From Deltaproteobacteria bacterium HGW-Deltaproteobacteria-13 (lineage in GTDB: Bacteria; Desulfobacterota; Syntrophia; Syntrophales; Smithellaceae): 64,000 nt of DNA. Position 1 is the stretch's first letter. The number at the start of each line of letters is the position of its first letter. The position numbers and the translations under genes are program-made. The notes under the pieces were generated by a model, which worked only from the letters and a program-made list of their open reading frames with translations, ran no database searches and was not told where the DNA came from. Below are positions 18,067 through 28,271 of this stretch, one piece after another. The DNA is taken from contig PHBJ01000005.1 in the NCBI GenBank assembly GCA_002840555.1, positions 174,045 to 238,044 of the forward strand, written 5' to 3'.

Positions 18067-19971
18067 TCAAGAGGATGAATATTTCGCCGCCAGGGTTTCC
18101 AGTTCATCCCAGCGCCGGTAAGCTTCGGCGAGTTTTGCTTCCAGATCTTCCAATTGTTTATTAATAACAATCACTTGCGCAGAGTTATTTTTTTTATAGA
18201 ACTCCGGAGCATTCAAAACGCCGATCAACTCCGCTTTTTGAACTTCTAAAACGTGTATCTGCCGAGGCAACTCTTCGAGCTCCCGTGTTTCCTTAAAAGA
18301 CAATTTGCTTTTTTCCCTGGGGCGTTTTTCCGGCTTAATGGTTTTGTCTTTCGGTGCGACCTTTGATTGACCGGCATGGGCATCTCTCTGTCTGATCCAA
18401 TCATCGTAACCGCCGATATACTCCTGCAGTCTTCCCTCCCCTTCCAAAACAATGGTCGAAGTGACGACATTATTGAGAAACGTCCGGTCATGGCTGACCA
18501 GCAAGATCGTGCCGCTGTATTCCAAAAGACGCTCTTCCAGGAGCTCCAGCGTTTCCGCGTCAAGATCATTGGTGGGTTCATCCAGCACCAGAACATTGGA
18601 GGGCGCGGCAAAGAGCCTCGCCAGAAGCAGGCGGTTTCGTTCGCCGCCGGAGAGAGACGATATGGGCGCGAGAATCTGCGCGGGCTGAAAAAGAAAATCC
18701 TGCAGATAACCGACGATATGTTTGGGCGCGCCGTTGATAAAGACCGTGTCGTTGCCGCCGGCGATATTATCCTTGAGCGATTTACTTTCGTCGAATTGCG
18801 CGCGCAGTTGATCGAAGTAGGCAATCTCAATCCCCGTGCCCAGTCTGATTTTTCCGCTGCTGACGGACAGTTCGCCCAGCAATACTTTCAGCAACGTGGT
18901 TTTGCCGGAACCGTTGGGACCGATGATCCCCACCCGGTCGCCGCGTAAAATCGTTGTGGAAAAGGCATCCATAATTTTCTGATCATGATAGGCAAAGCTG
19001 ATTTTGACGGCTTCAACCACCAGCTTGCCGCTGCGCCTGGCCTCCGAAATTTCCAACCGTACATTTTCTTCCCGCTCGCGTCTGCGGCCGCGCTCCTCGC
19101 GCATCTGCACAAGCGCCCGCACCCGGCCCTCATTGCGCGTGCGGCGTGCCTTGATGCCTTGCCGCACCCAGATTTCTTCCCTGGCCAGCTTTTTGTCGAA
19201 TGTCTGCCACTGCTTTTCTTCCGCCTCCGCCATTTCCTGCCGGCGTTCCAGGTATGCTGCGTAATTGCACGAAAAGGAAAAAAACTTGCCGCGGTCTATT
19301 TCCACGATGCGCGTGGCAATCTTTTGCAGGAATGTTCTGTCATGTGTGACAAACATCAATGTTTTATCAAAATTCCGCAGAAAGTCTTCCAGCCAGATAA
19401 TGGAAGCAATGTCCAGATGGTTGGTGGGTTCATCCAAAAGCAGAATATCCGGATCGGCGGCAAGCGCGCGCGCCAGTAATACCCGGCGTTTCAATCCCGC
19501 CGACAAAAAACGGAACTCCAGATTTTCATCAAGATCGACGCGCGAAATGACTTCCTCTACTTTTTGATGAAACTGCCAGGCGCCGGCCGCTTCCAGTTGG
19601 TGCTGAACTTTTTCTATTTTGTTCAGCAGTGTCTGATCACTGCTGTTGGTCATTTGTTGCGTGAGATCATGATAAGCTCGCAGCAAATCCAGATGTTTTT
19701 GTCCGCCGGAAGCGACAACATCATAGATGGAGCCGGGGATATCCTCAACGTCCTGCGGCATGATGGAAACCCGCACATTTTTATCACGGATAATTTCCCC
19801 CGAATCCGGCACAAGGCCGCCGGACAGCAGTTTCATCAGGGTGGACTTGCCCGAACCGTTTCTTCCCAGAAGCCCGATTCGTTCGCCCGCTTCAATCTGA
19901 AGCGACGCGCCGTCGATGAGCATCGGCCCGCCGAAACTAACCGTTATATTGTTAATCCATATGAGAGCCAT
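18067..19971 (-). CDS. ABC-F family ATPase (Uup-like)
   Basis: Two Walker A motifs (GRNGSGKST, GPNGSGKTT), an LSGGERNR signature and a C-terminal coiled coil. Start trimmed to MALIWINN at 19971. Confidence 0.85.
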   Translation of the reverse strand: MALIWINNITVSFGGPMLIDGASLQIEAGERIGLLGRNGSGKSTLMKLLSGGLVPDSGEIIRDKNVRVSIMPQDVEDIPGSIYDVVASGGQKHLDLLRAYHDLTQQMTNSSDQTLLNKIEKVQHQLEAAGAWQFHQKVEEVISRVDLDENLEFRFLSAGLKRRVLLARALAADPDILLLDEPTNHLDIASIIWLEDFLRNFDKTLMFVTHDRTFLQKIATRIVEIDRGKFFSFSCNYAAYLERRQEMAEAEEKQWQTFDKKLAREEIWVRQGIKARRTRNEGRVRALVQMREERGRRREREENVRLEISEARRSGKLVVEAVKISFAYHDQKIMDAFSTTILRGDRVGIIGPNGSGKTTLLKVLLGELSVSSGKIRLGTGIEIAYFDQLRAQFDESKSLKDNIAGGNDTVFINGAPKHIVGYLQDFLFQPAQILAPISSLSGGERNRLLLARLFAAPSNVLVLDEPTNDLDAETLELLEERLLEYSGTILLVSHDRTFLNNVVTSTIVLEGEGRLQEYIGGYDDWIRQRDAHAGQSKVAPKDKTIKPEKRPREKSKLSFKETRELEELPRQIHVLEVQKAELIGVLNAPEFYKKNNSAQVIVINKQLEDLEAKLAEAYRRWDELETLAAKYSSS

Positions 19972-20264
19972 AAAATCTTTTCCATTCGCGACTGTGCTCA
20001 TTTTTTGAGCATAAAGAATTACAGTGAATGCTCCATAGCACATTCCCGCGCCCGGCGCACTAACCATAAATTTCTTTAGTCTTTTGGCGTGGAGTGTTAA
20101 TGAAGCTGTGATGTCAATCAGAAGGTCATGACGATTGCGGATGACAATATATATAGGCTTCAGTGAATTGTTATATTGAAGTACTTCCCCTGGTACTCCC
20201 CTTCAAATAAAGTGCTTGACCTGACTACCGCTTCATAGTTTACGCTAGTTTGAAAGAGGTCATA

Positions 20265-20837
20265 ATGCCCGAATCCAAAACAAAACAATCCGCTCCTGCG
20301 CGCGACTTTGCCGGTTCCATGACGATCGGCGAACTGTCCAAACGTTTCAGCCTGTCGCGGAGTACGCTCCTTTATTACGATTCTATCGGGCTATTGAAGC
20401 CGTCCGCCAGAAGCAAGGCAAATTACCGGCGTTACACGCAGGAGGATGCCGGACGATTGGAGAGGATCTGCATGTATCGCCAGATGGGGCTCTCCATGGT
20501 GTCGATTGGTGAGATTCTCAAATCGCCGAAGAGCAGTGCGCGTAATATCTTGGAGAAACGGTTGCTGGCGCTGGCAAAGGAGATCTGTCGTTTGCGTGAA
20601 CAGCAACACATGATTATCCGAATGCTGGGGGATCGTTCGCTCCGCAAGCGTATTCCTGTGTTGGACAGGGAAGGCTGGGTCTCGCTTTTGAGGGCTTGCG
20701 GCCTTGATGAGGATGGAATGCATAAATGGCATCAGGAATTTGAGAAGCTTTCTCCATTGCTGCATCAGGAGTTTTTGGAAGGATTGGGCATATCCGGCAA
20801 AGAGATTGAAGTGATCCGTCAATGGTCTCAAACTTGA
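20265..20837 (+). CDS. MerR-family transcriptional regulator
   Basis: N-terminal HTH MTIGELSKRFSLSRSTLLYYDSIGLLKP. ATG at 20265 is preceded by GAAAGAGG. Confidence 0.8.
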   Translation: MPESKTKQSAPARDFAGSMTIGELSKRFSLSRSTLLYYDSIGLLKPSARSKANYRRYTQEDAGRLERICMYRQMGLSMVSIGEILKSPKSSARNILEKRLLALAKEICRLREQQHMIIRMLGDRSLRKRIPVLDREGWVSLLRACGLDEDGMHKWHQEFEKLSPLLHQEFLEGLGISGKEIEVIRQWSQT

Positions 20838-20912
20838 TATTTTTGTGGCGCCGCATTCTTCGAGATGATGCGGATGCCCATTATCAGCAACATCATAAAG
20901 GGAGTCATCCAT

Positions 20913-21662
20913 ATGAAAAATAAACTCATGATGGGATTGTGGAAGTATATGATCCATGTGCCCCCATTCCTGTGGGAAAAGCAGATTGCCAAAGGTAAAA
21001 AGAACTACGCGGACCACCTTGCCTTTATGTCCGTGGAACACCGGTTGGTACACCATTTTGTGGTGCGGGAACTTCCGTTTGCCGCAAAGCCGTTATCGCC
21101 TGAATTTATAGCGAATGTCCTGAATATTCCCGTACAACGGGTCATTTCCATTCTGGATGATCTGGAATCGCATATGACCTTCATCTTCAGAAATGCGGAC
21201 GGTTCAGTCGAGTGGGCTTATCCGGTGACAGTTGAAAAAACGCCTCACAGGGTAACGTTTCACACCGGTGAAACTCTCTACGCAGCCTGAGCAGCCGACG
21301 CTTTTGCGACGCCCTTCGTGCAAGGGCAATTGAGAAAAGACTTCCTGTCGGTTGTTGTCCGGACAGAATGCGCCCATTGCGGAAAGGCCATGGAATTAGA
21401 GATCGACAGTGATCTGAACTGCCGCGTGAAAGACGAGGCCTGCAATCCTGTTGTCTTCGTACCTGATGTCAATCTTATCGAACTCGACGATGAAAGCATC
21501 ATCAACGCCTTTTGACGCGAGAGTGTATTCTTCTGGTCAGAAGAACATGCAAGAGATTATCGGCAAAAGGTTCACCGTTTGCGCGGCGCATACATGAACG
21601 TGGATCAGATGAGCATGGTAACAAAAATGATCCAGAGCGTTCTTTTTGGATTTGAAAAATAG
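20913..21662 (+). CDS. MerB-like (alkylmercury lyase family) protein with two in-frame UGA codons read as selenocysteine
   Basis: ORFs 20865-21290 and 21318-21515 and the unlisted stretch 21516-21662 are all in one frame, separated only by TGA at 21288 and 21513. From memory of MerB, LYAA-U-AAD aligns with LYAWCALD and NAF-U-RESVFFWS with [11 protein letters not shown]. A hairpin follows each TGA. AAGGGAG RBS lies before ATG 20913. Confidence 0.7.
21292..21354 (+). promoter_or_regulatory. SECIS-like stem-loop after the first UGA
   Basis: Lower stem CAGCCGAC/GUCGGUUG (one G-U pair). Apical hairpin GCCCUU-CGUGC-AAGGGC at 21311-21327. Confidence 0.5.
21523..21550 (+). promoter_or_regulatory. 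SECIS-like stem-loop after the second UGA
   Basis: UUCUUCU-GGUC-AGAAGAA at 21528-21545, with the apical loop about 22 nt after the UGA. As I recall, GGUC is also the apical loop of the E. coli fdhF SECIS. Confidence 0.6.
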
Positions 21663-21765
21663 CAGGACACTGTCCCCTATACGCTCTATGTCATAGCGAG
21701 GAGCCCCACGCGCAGAGCCTGCCCTCGACCTGATCCCTTTGGTGTGCGTTGCCGTCTCCTAACCG

Positions 21766-22011
21766 CTATTTTTCAGGTGCCGGTTCTTGGCCTGCTTTTT
21801 TCGCGATGTCTTCGGTAACCTGATTAGCTTTGCTCACGGCGTCAGAGGCCCGTTTGGCTTTTTCGATAGCCGGCTGTGCCTGATCCGCACCCTGCATCAT
21901 AACCGTGGCCATTGGCTTGGCAAAATATCTGGACCAGAAAATCGCGGCAACGATGACTATGGCAATGATCAAAACAATAACCCATGTCGCAATACCTTTT
22001 TCATTTCTCAT
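21766..22011 (-). CDS. Small single-pass membrane protein
   Basis: Start trimmed to MRNEKG at 22011 after GGAGG. Contains a hydrophobic helix, WVIVLIIAIVIVAAIFW. Confidence 0.5.
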   Translation of the reverse strand: MRNEKGIATWVIVLIIAIVIVAAIFWSRYFAKPMATVMMQGADQAQPAIEKAKRASDAVSKANQVTEDIAKKAGQEPAPEK

Positions 22012-22180
22012 TGTTTTAGTCCTCCGGAAAGCAAGTATATTTCTTTTCTTTGTCATTGCCGCGTCCGATGCCGCGGACGCGGCAATTTCCATTATGTTAT
22101 TTAAAGAACAAGATTTCTTCGTAGCGGCTGCTCCCCGCAAAGGCAGGAAGCCGCCGCCTGAACCGCTGACTGTCACTGTC

Positions 22181-23392
22181 CTAATCCACGCGGATCAGGA
22201 CAGAGTCGCCCTGTGCCAGGCCGCCGCAAATTCCGCAGACACCATAACCGCCGCCGCGTCTTTTAAGTTCATACATCATGGTCATCAGAATTCTTCCGCC
22301 GCTCGCGCCCACCGGATGACCGATGGCGATCGCTCCCCCGTTGGGATTGGTTCTTTTGAGCATCTCCCGCCATTTGGTTTCATCATTGCCGGCCAGCATT
22401 TTTGTTGAGACCAGGGTTACTGCGGCAAAAGCCTCGTTGATTTCAATAATATTCATATCATCTATGGTCAGCGAAGCGCGCTCCAGCGCCTTGCCGATGA
22501 CGGTCGCGGGAAGTTCCGCCATGCGTCTGGGTTCACCCGCACCGCTCGCCACAGCGACAATCGTCGCGAGAGGCTTTATGCCCAATGCTTCGGCTTTAGC
22601 GCGTCGCATAATAATAACCGCCGTTGCTCCGGCATCCAGTCCCGGAGCGTTGCCCGCGGTCACGGTGGGACTTCCGTAAATGGTTTTTAATTTAGCCAGC
22701 GCCTCCATAGTCGTGTCCGGCCGGGGCAGTTCATCCCTGGCAAACATAACGGGAGCGCCCTTTTTAGCCGGCAGTTCCACGCCAACCAATTCATCGTTGA
22801 ATCGTCCGTCCTTATCGGCCGCGGCCCATTTCTGATGTGAACCCAGAGCCCATGCGTCCTGTTCCTCACGCGGGATGCCGTGCTCGATGGCTATTTCGCC
22901 GGCGTCGCGGCCCAATGGAGTATACTCACGATAGGTAATGGGATTCAGGTAGTCCTGAATTAAAAGAGGTTTCATTCCCGCGCCCCAGCGATGGCCGTTA
23001 ATCAAAAGCGGCGTGTTGCTCATGTTCTCCGCTCCCACGGCCATACAGGCGTCGGCTTCGTCAAGCAAAATAGCCCTTCGTCCCAACTGAACCGCGCAAA
23101 GAGAAGAGCAGCAGGCTCTATCCAGCGTGAGCGATACCAGCGTATTGGGCAGACCGGCGCGCAGGATAGCCTGACGGGCATTGACATTATCATACAGGGC
23201 GGCCTCAGCCTGATCGCACATGCCGTAATAAACTTCATCCAGATCCGAACCTTGGAGACCGGCGCGCTTTAAGCTTTCCTTAATGACAATGACGCCCAGA
23301 TCGGTGCTGTGGATTTCTTTGAGCGCACCGCCGAATTTACTGAAAGGCGTGCGCACCCCGCTGACAATGACTACGTCGTCCTTATTGCTCAT
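22181..23392 (-). CDS. Acetyl-CoA C-acyltransferase (thiolase)
   Basis: Thiolase motifs GHPVGASG and CGICGGLAQG, with the active-site Cys region DRACCSS. Confidence 0.85.
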   Translation of the reverse strand: MSNKDDVVIVSGVRTPFSKFGGALKEIHSTDLGVIVIKESLKRAGLQGSDLDEVYYGMCDQAEAALYDNVNARQAILRAGLPNTLVSLTLDRACCSSLCAVQLGRRAILLDEADACMAVGAENMSNTPLLINGHRWGAGMKPLLIQDYLNPITYREYTPLGRDAGEIAIEHGIPREEQDAWALGSHQKWAAADKDGRFNDELVGVELPAKKGAPVMFARDELPRPDTTMEALAKLKTIYGSPTVTAGNAPGLDAGATAVIIMRRAKAEALGIKPLATIVAVASGAGEPRRMAELPATVIGKALERASLTIDDMNIIEINEAFAAVTLVSTKMLAGNDETKWREMLKRTNPNGGAIAIGHPVGASGGRILMTMMYELKRRGGGYGVCGICGGLAQGDSVLIRVD

Positions 23393-23488
23393 AAAATCCC
23401 CCCTGATATTTTAGGCCCCGCATAAGTATAGCTATAATACCCCGCCTCTTGCTGTGGGGTATTATAGCCGTGATTAACTTACTGCTAA

Positions 23489-25321
23489 TTATACATTATC
23501 ATACAAAGCACGCAGTCTCTCACCATATTTGTCCATGACAATGCGCCGTTTCAGTTTCAGTGTCTGGGTTAACATGCCGTTATCCACGGAAAAGTCCTCT
23601 GCGATATAAAGGAACTTCTGGGGAATTTCATATCCGCCGAAAGACTTGCGCAGATGGTCTGTAATCTGCTGTGAAATAAAATCGGTACATTCCTTATTGG
23701 CAAGAGTTTCCTCAGGTGTGCCCTGCGCCCATGCCGCAGTATGAGCATCGGTTTTGAGGGTCTCGAAATTCGGAACAACCAAAGCCACGTTAAACATACG
23801 GCCTTCGCCGTAGACAATAACATTGGAGATATAGCGAAGAAGCTTCATTTCGTTTTCGATGGATTCGGGATGGACATACTTGCCGTTTTCCAGTTTATAT
23901 TCATCTTTAAAGCGTCCGGTGATATGCAGGTAACCTTCCTCATCAAGCCAGCCACGGTCTCCTGTTCTGATACCGGGGAAACCGTTCCAGGTATCGGGCA
24001 TCATCACCTCTTTAGTAACTTCCGGTTTGTTATGATAACCCTGCATGACTTGCGCGCCGTACACCACGATCTCGCCATCCATGCTGTCTTCTCCCACACG
24101 GGATTTATCGATCACCACCTTCGTGTCCTTGAAAACCTTGCCGACCGTACCGTACTTGTTGCCTCGCTTGGGCGAATTGTTGGTAATGACGGGCGTGGTT
24201 TCCGACAAACCATAACCGTCGTAGGTCGGCACGCCGACATCGCTGAAGAACAGCGCGATTTCCGGTTTCATCATCGCCCCGCCGGTGACAACATGTTTGA
24301 GCCGTCCGCCGAAAAGGTTCCGGATTTGGCAAAAGACCAAAGCGTCAAGATCCTGGAAATCTTTTGTTTTTTCTATAAGCCCCCGGTTCTTGACGGCCTC
24401 GGCGCAGGCGGCGTCAAAAAATTGTTTTTTGACCGGATCCGCCGCCACCCCCAGATGAATTTTATCGTAAATAATGTTGAACACCCGCGGCACGGCAGAC
24501 ATGCCGGTGGGCTTGACTTCACTAAAATTGACCAGGAGCTTGTCGGCGGATTCGGCAAAGCCGAGGCTCCCGCCGCCCAAGATGTAGCAGTGCAGATCGG
24601 CAGTCAGGCCGAAACTGTGCGCCCAGGGAAGAATGGATAAACCGATATCGTCCACGGTGATATTGAAAGTTTCTCTACACTCCTGGGCGTTGTGCGTCAT
24701 GTTGCCGTGATGAAGGAGCACGCCTTTCGGATCGCCGGTGGTTCCGGAAGTATAGATAATAAAAGCCGTCTCCGACCAATGCGGTTTGTAGGAATCAACG
24801 GGATTTGCCTTGCCCGTTTTTTCCAGCGCCGAAAGCGTATTTTCACCTTCCCCGAACAGAATAAACACTTCTTTTAGATTGGGGAATTCCGCCTGTACGC
24901 TTTTGATGGTATCGTAAATGCGTTGATCACGGACAAAAAGATATTTAATCGCCGCGTCTTTAATAATATATTGCCAGACCTTTTGCAGCTCTTTTTCATA
25001 CATGGGGACGAAAACGCCGCCCAGACCATGCGTGGCATTGGCGCACACAAACCATTCCACCGAATTGCTGACAATGACGCCGACCTTTTCGCCTTTACTT
25101 AATCCCAGTTTGTTTAAAGCGCCCCTGAGGTTGTTCACGCGTTCGGCAACCGCGCCGTAAGTTATCCATTCATACTGATTGGTCTCTTTATTTTTAGTTC
25201 CGAAAAGATTACGTGAAGAAAATTTCGCCACGCTGTTTTCGAATAAATCAACCAGATTGTTAGGTTTCGTGTAATACGCATCAAGATGAATTGACGTACC
25301 GGTTCCTTTTTCTTTTGTCAT
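23489..25321 (-). CDS. Long-chain fatty acid-CoA ligase (AMP-forming)
   Basis: IYTSGTTGDPKGV and YGLSET motifs. Paralog of 1219-3045. Confidence 0.85.
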   Translation of the reverse strand: MTKEKGTGTSIHLDAYYTKPNNLVDLFENSVAKFSSRNLFGTKNKETNQYEWITYGAVAERVNNLRGALNKLGLSKGEKVGVIVSNSVEWFVCANATHGLGGVFVPMYEKELQKVWQYIIKDAAIKYLFVRDQRIYDTIKSVQAEFPNLKEVFILFGEGENTLSALEKTGKANPVDSYKPHWSETAFIIYTSGTTGDPKGVLLHHGNMTHNAQECRETFNITVDDIGLSILPWAHSFGLTADLHCYILGGGSLGFAESADKLLVNFSEVKPTGMSAVPRVFNIIYDKIHLGVAADPVKKQFFDAACAEAVKNRGLIEKTKDFQDLDALVFCQIRNLFGGRLKHVVTGGAMMKPEIALFFSDVGVPTYDGYGLSETTPVITNNSPKRGNKYGTVGKVFKDTKVVIDKSRVGEDSMDGEIVVYGAQVMQGYHNKPEVTKEVMMPDTWNGFPGIRTGDRGWLDEEGYLHITGRFKDEYKLENGKYVHPESIENEMKLLRYISNVIVYGEGRMFNVALVVPNFETLKTDAHTAAWAQGTPEETLANKECTDFISQQITDHLRKSFGGYEIPQKFLYIAEDFSVDNGMLTQTLKLKRRIVMDKYGERLRALYDNV

Positions 25322-25479
25322 TTTACTGATCTCCTCTTTCTAATCAAAATATTTTTCCCGGCTGATGTGCCGTTATTTTCATAGCCTTATATTATTGCAA
25401 AATATTACTTCCTAATATAGGCATAAAAAAGTAAACTGTGTCAATTAATTATTGTTTCAATTGGGAAGTAAAAGGCAAA

Positions 25480-25938
25480 ATGCCGCAAGTCTATCAATAT
25501 CAATTAACGGTTTCCGAAGATTCGCTGGATGTGAATGGCCACGTAAATAATCTTGAGTATTTACGCTGGATGCAATCAGCCGCCGTTCTTCATTCGGACG
25601 CTCAGGGATGCACAAAAGCCACAACGGATATTGGGGCAACCTGGGTTGTCCGGGCGCATCGTGTCGAATACTTACGCCCCGCGTTCGCCGGAGAACATAT
25701 GATTGTCCTGACGTGGGTTTCCGATTTTCGCCGGGTGCAATCTCTCCGTAAATACAGAATCATTCGCGTCGAAGATAATGCGTTGCTTGTCGAAGGTGAA
25801 ACCGACTGGGTTTTCGTTGATGCCCGAACCGGCCGGCTGCGTTCAATCCCTAAAAATATTATGGCCGCATTTGAATTGTTGCCTAAAGATCAGGAATCGG
25901 ATATTATTCATCATATGAAATATTCCGGGCTTGGCTAG
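25480..25938 (+). CDS. Acyl-CoA thioesterase, 4HBT hotdog family
   Basis: DVNGHVNNLEYLRW pattern typical of YbgC/4HBT thioesterases. Start trimmed to MPQVYQ. Confidence 0.7.
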   Translation: MPQVYQYQLTVSEDSLDVNGHVNNLEYLRWMQSAAVLHSDAQGCTKATTDIGATWVVRAHRVEYLRPAFAGEHMIVLTWVSDFRRVQSLRKYRIIRVEDNALLVEGETDWVFVDARTGRLRSIPKNIMAAFELLPKDQESDIIHHMKYSGLG

Positions 25939-25971
25939 GAAAGAAATGACACTTTTTATACGGAGAAAATA

Positions 25972-27597
25972 GTGGATACAGATTTACAATCAAAAGCAAT
26001 GAGCGCGCTTGTCAATATGCACACGGCCATTAAGAATGTGCAATTATATCCGCCCACCAGTCCCACGGTGACGACTTCCATCGAGAGGCTTTATCTGCAG
26101 CTTCTGGACGTATTACGGCAGGAGGCTCCCCTGGTCTTTGCGGAATCGGAAAAAAAAATCCTGCTCCGAGGAAAGCTGTTAAATCAAAAAGAACACGAGA
26201 TGATTCATGTTACCTCCCTGCTGGATATTCTTCTCCAATGCGGCGTCAAGAGTATTTCTTTTGATAAAGGTTTGGAAAGGGAAGAACTGAATACTTTCAT
26301 AAGGCTTCTCGCTAAAAAACCGGAGACCATACAAAATGAGGGCGGTCTTCCCAAGCTCATGGCTGAGAATAAAATAACGCATATTTATCCGGATAAAAAA
26401 GTATACGTGTCCATGGATAAGGATAAAGAAGTTATTGCCAGCGTTGATATTGACCATGATCAATCTATCGAATCGCCCGCATCCGCGGAAGATCAGGGTT
26501 CTGATGACCCTGCCGGCCAGGCCATCAGCCGCCTGACAGAAGACATTTTAAATGAGCAAGCCGACCTGCGCGCTCAGGCGTCCAGCGAGCTTGTCAAAAT
26601 CATTGAATCTCTTTCTTTCGACCGGCAGAGAGGTCTGATTGAAAGATTATCAGAACGACTGGTTGAGTGGATTAAGCTCGAAACTTCAGTAACGCCTGCT
26701 TACAAAAAGATATGTAACGGATTACAAACACTTCTTCAAGACTTACTGAGCCGGGAACGTTTTGCGGAAACAATTCCGATCATGGATGTTTTCAGTAAAA
26801 TCCATACCGGCGCTCTGAAAAAAGATGATCCGGTGATCAAGGTCTCGTTGGAAGTTCTCCGGAATACGGCATCGGAATATAACATTCATATCCTCTTTAA
26901 AGAATTCACCACCAACGAGAAGAATAAATCAGCGGAAGCTTATCAGATACTCGCCGGATTTGGCGACATCATCCTGAGCCCTTTGCTTGATATTGTACGG
27001 GATGTCACCGACAGCAAAGAACGTGTCAACGTTATCCATCTTATCGTGGCCATGGGGCAAACGGCAATACCGGCCATCAAGGATCGGATGAATGCCGACG
27101 CTCCATGGTATTACCTGAGAAACCTCGCCTACATACTCGGCCATATCGGCAATGAAACCAGTGCCCATATACTTGTGCCTCTTTTACTCCATAAAAATGA
27201 CCGGGTCAGTATGGAGGCGTTGAAAAGCATTGGCCAGACGGGAGGAAGCCAGAGAGGGCCCCTGCTCCTTTCTGTTTTGCCTCAGGTCAATGAGCAATTA
27301 AGAATTAATATCATAGAAATGCTCGGCAAAGTTAAATGCGCAAAAGCAGTGACGAATCTTGTTGATATGCTCAAGAACAAATCGTTGCTGGCTTCAGATG
27401 AATATATCTCTTTACAGGAGAAGGTCTGTAATGCGCTCGGAGCTATCGGATCGCCTGAAGCAATACCCGCTCTTTCGGAAATTGCCGAATCAAAATCTTT
27501 TTTAGGCATCCGGTCTTGCCCGGTAGAAATTAAATACGCCGCGAAAAGAGCATTGGCCTCCATTAAAAGGAAACAGGAAGAGAATACCGGGCGTTGA
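25972..27597 (+). CDS. HEAT-repeat protein
   Basis: The C-terminal half has repeated HEAT/PBS-lyase-like units (RxxAxxALGxIG pattern). GTG start. Confidence 0.6.
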   Translation: MDTDLQSKAMSALVNMHTAIKNVQLYPPTSPTVTTSIERLYLQLLDVLRQEAPLVFAESEKKILLRGKLLNQKEHEMIHVTSLLDILLQCGVKSISFDKGLEREELNTFIRLLAKKPETIQNEGGLPKLMAENKITHIYPDKKVYVSMDKDKEVIASVDIDHDQSIESPASAEDQGSDDPAGQAISRLTEDILNEQADLRAQASSELVKIIESLSFDRQRGLIERLSERLVEWIKLETSVTPAYKKICNGLQTLLQDLLSRERFAETIPIMDVFSKIHTGALKKDDPVIKVSLEVLRNTASEYNIHILFKEFTTNEKNKSAEAYQILAGFGDIILSPLLDIVRDVTDSKERVNVIHLIVAMGQTAIPAIKDRMNADAPWYYLRNLAYILGHIGNETSAHILVPLLLHKNDRVSMEALKSIGQTGGSQRGPLLLSVLPQVNEQLRINIIEMLGKVKCAKAVTNLVDMLKNKSLLASDEYISLQEKVCNALGAIGSPEAIPALSEIAESKSFLGIRSCPVEIKYAAKRALASIKRKQEENTGR

Positions 27598-27638
27598 CGC
27601 GCATAACCCTCTGCGTTTCAATGATCAACGGAAACAGA

Positions 27639-28271
27639 TTACCTTTCCTTCAAAGATGAATTGATTATTTCATTAATCCCGCGGGCGGCCGCTTCAGGAT
27701 CTGCAGACGCGCAAATCGCCGAGACAACGGCAGCGCAGTCGGCGCCAGCCTTCACAACTTCTTTTACATTGGATTCGTTAATCCCGCCTATCGCGACCAG
27801 AGGATGCCTGCTGAAAGCTTTTATCCGGGAGAGGCCTTCCAACCCCCACGCCCCTTTGGTGTCGGTTTTTGTCGGCGTGGCAAAAACCGGACTGACGCCG
27901 ATATAACTAACATCGAGTTTTTGACTTGCCTCAACATCTTCCCATGTTTCCACCGACAGGCCGATGATCGCCTTTTGTCCCATGAGTTTTCGAACCATTT
28001 CATAAGGCATGTCTTCCTGCCCGATATGCACGCCTTCGGCGTCGCAGGCCATAGCCACATCAACGCGGTCATTGATGATCAGCGGAACTTTATACGGCGC
28101 CAGAAGTTTTCTAATCCTTCCGGCTTCTTCCACAAAAAAACGGGTGGAAACATCTTTCTCGCGCAATTGCACAAAAGAGGCGCCGCCTCTGACCGCTCCG
28201 ATAACGACTTCTTCCAGAGGTTTGCCTCCGCACAAGCCGCGATCGGTGACCAGATACAATCCTCGCATCAT
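27639..28271 (-). CDS. thiE: Thiamine-phosphate synthase
   Basis: LYLVTD N-terminus, QLREKD and VAIGGI motifs. Confidence 0.9.
   Translation of the reverse strand: MMRGLYLVTDRGLCGGKPLEEVVIGAVRGGASFVQLREKDVSTRFFVEEAGRIRKLLAPYKVPLIINDRVDVAMACDAEGVHIGQEDMPYEMVRKLMGQKAIIGLSVETWEDVEASQKLDVSYIGVSPVFATPTKTDTKGAWGLEGLSRIKAFSRHPLVAIGGINESNVKEVVKAGADCAAVVSAICASADPEAAARGINEIINSSLKER

Noticed and set aside
21288-21515. Reading the MerB-like locus as a pseudogene broken by two nonsense mutations.
   Set aside because: Both stops are TGA and both fall on the positions that align with the catalytic Cys residues. The frame is otherwise intact over 750 nt, and each stop has a downstream hairpin. Selenocysteine recoding is more parsimonious. 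This remains unproven without Sec machinery in view.
20250-21662. Canonical mercury-resistance (mer) operon.
   Set aside because: Only a MerR-family regulator and a MerB-like gene are present. No merA, merT, merP or merC occur in the window, and the regulator lacks the Hg-binding Cys pattern I recall. It is annotated as MerB-like only.
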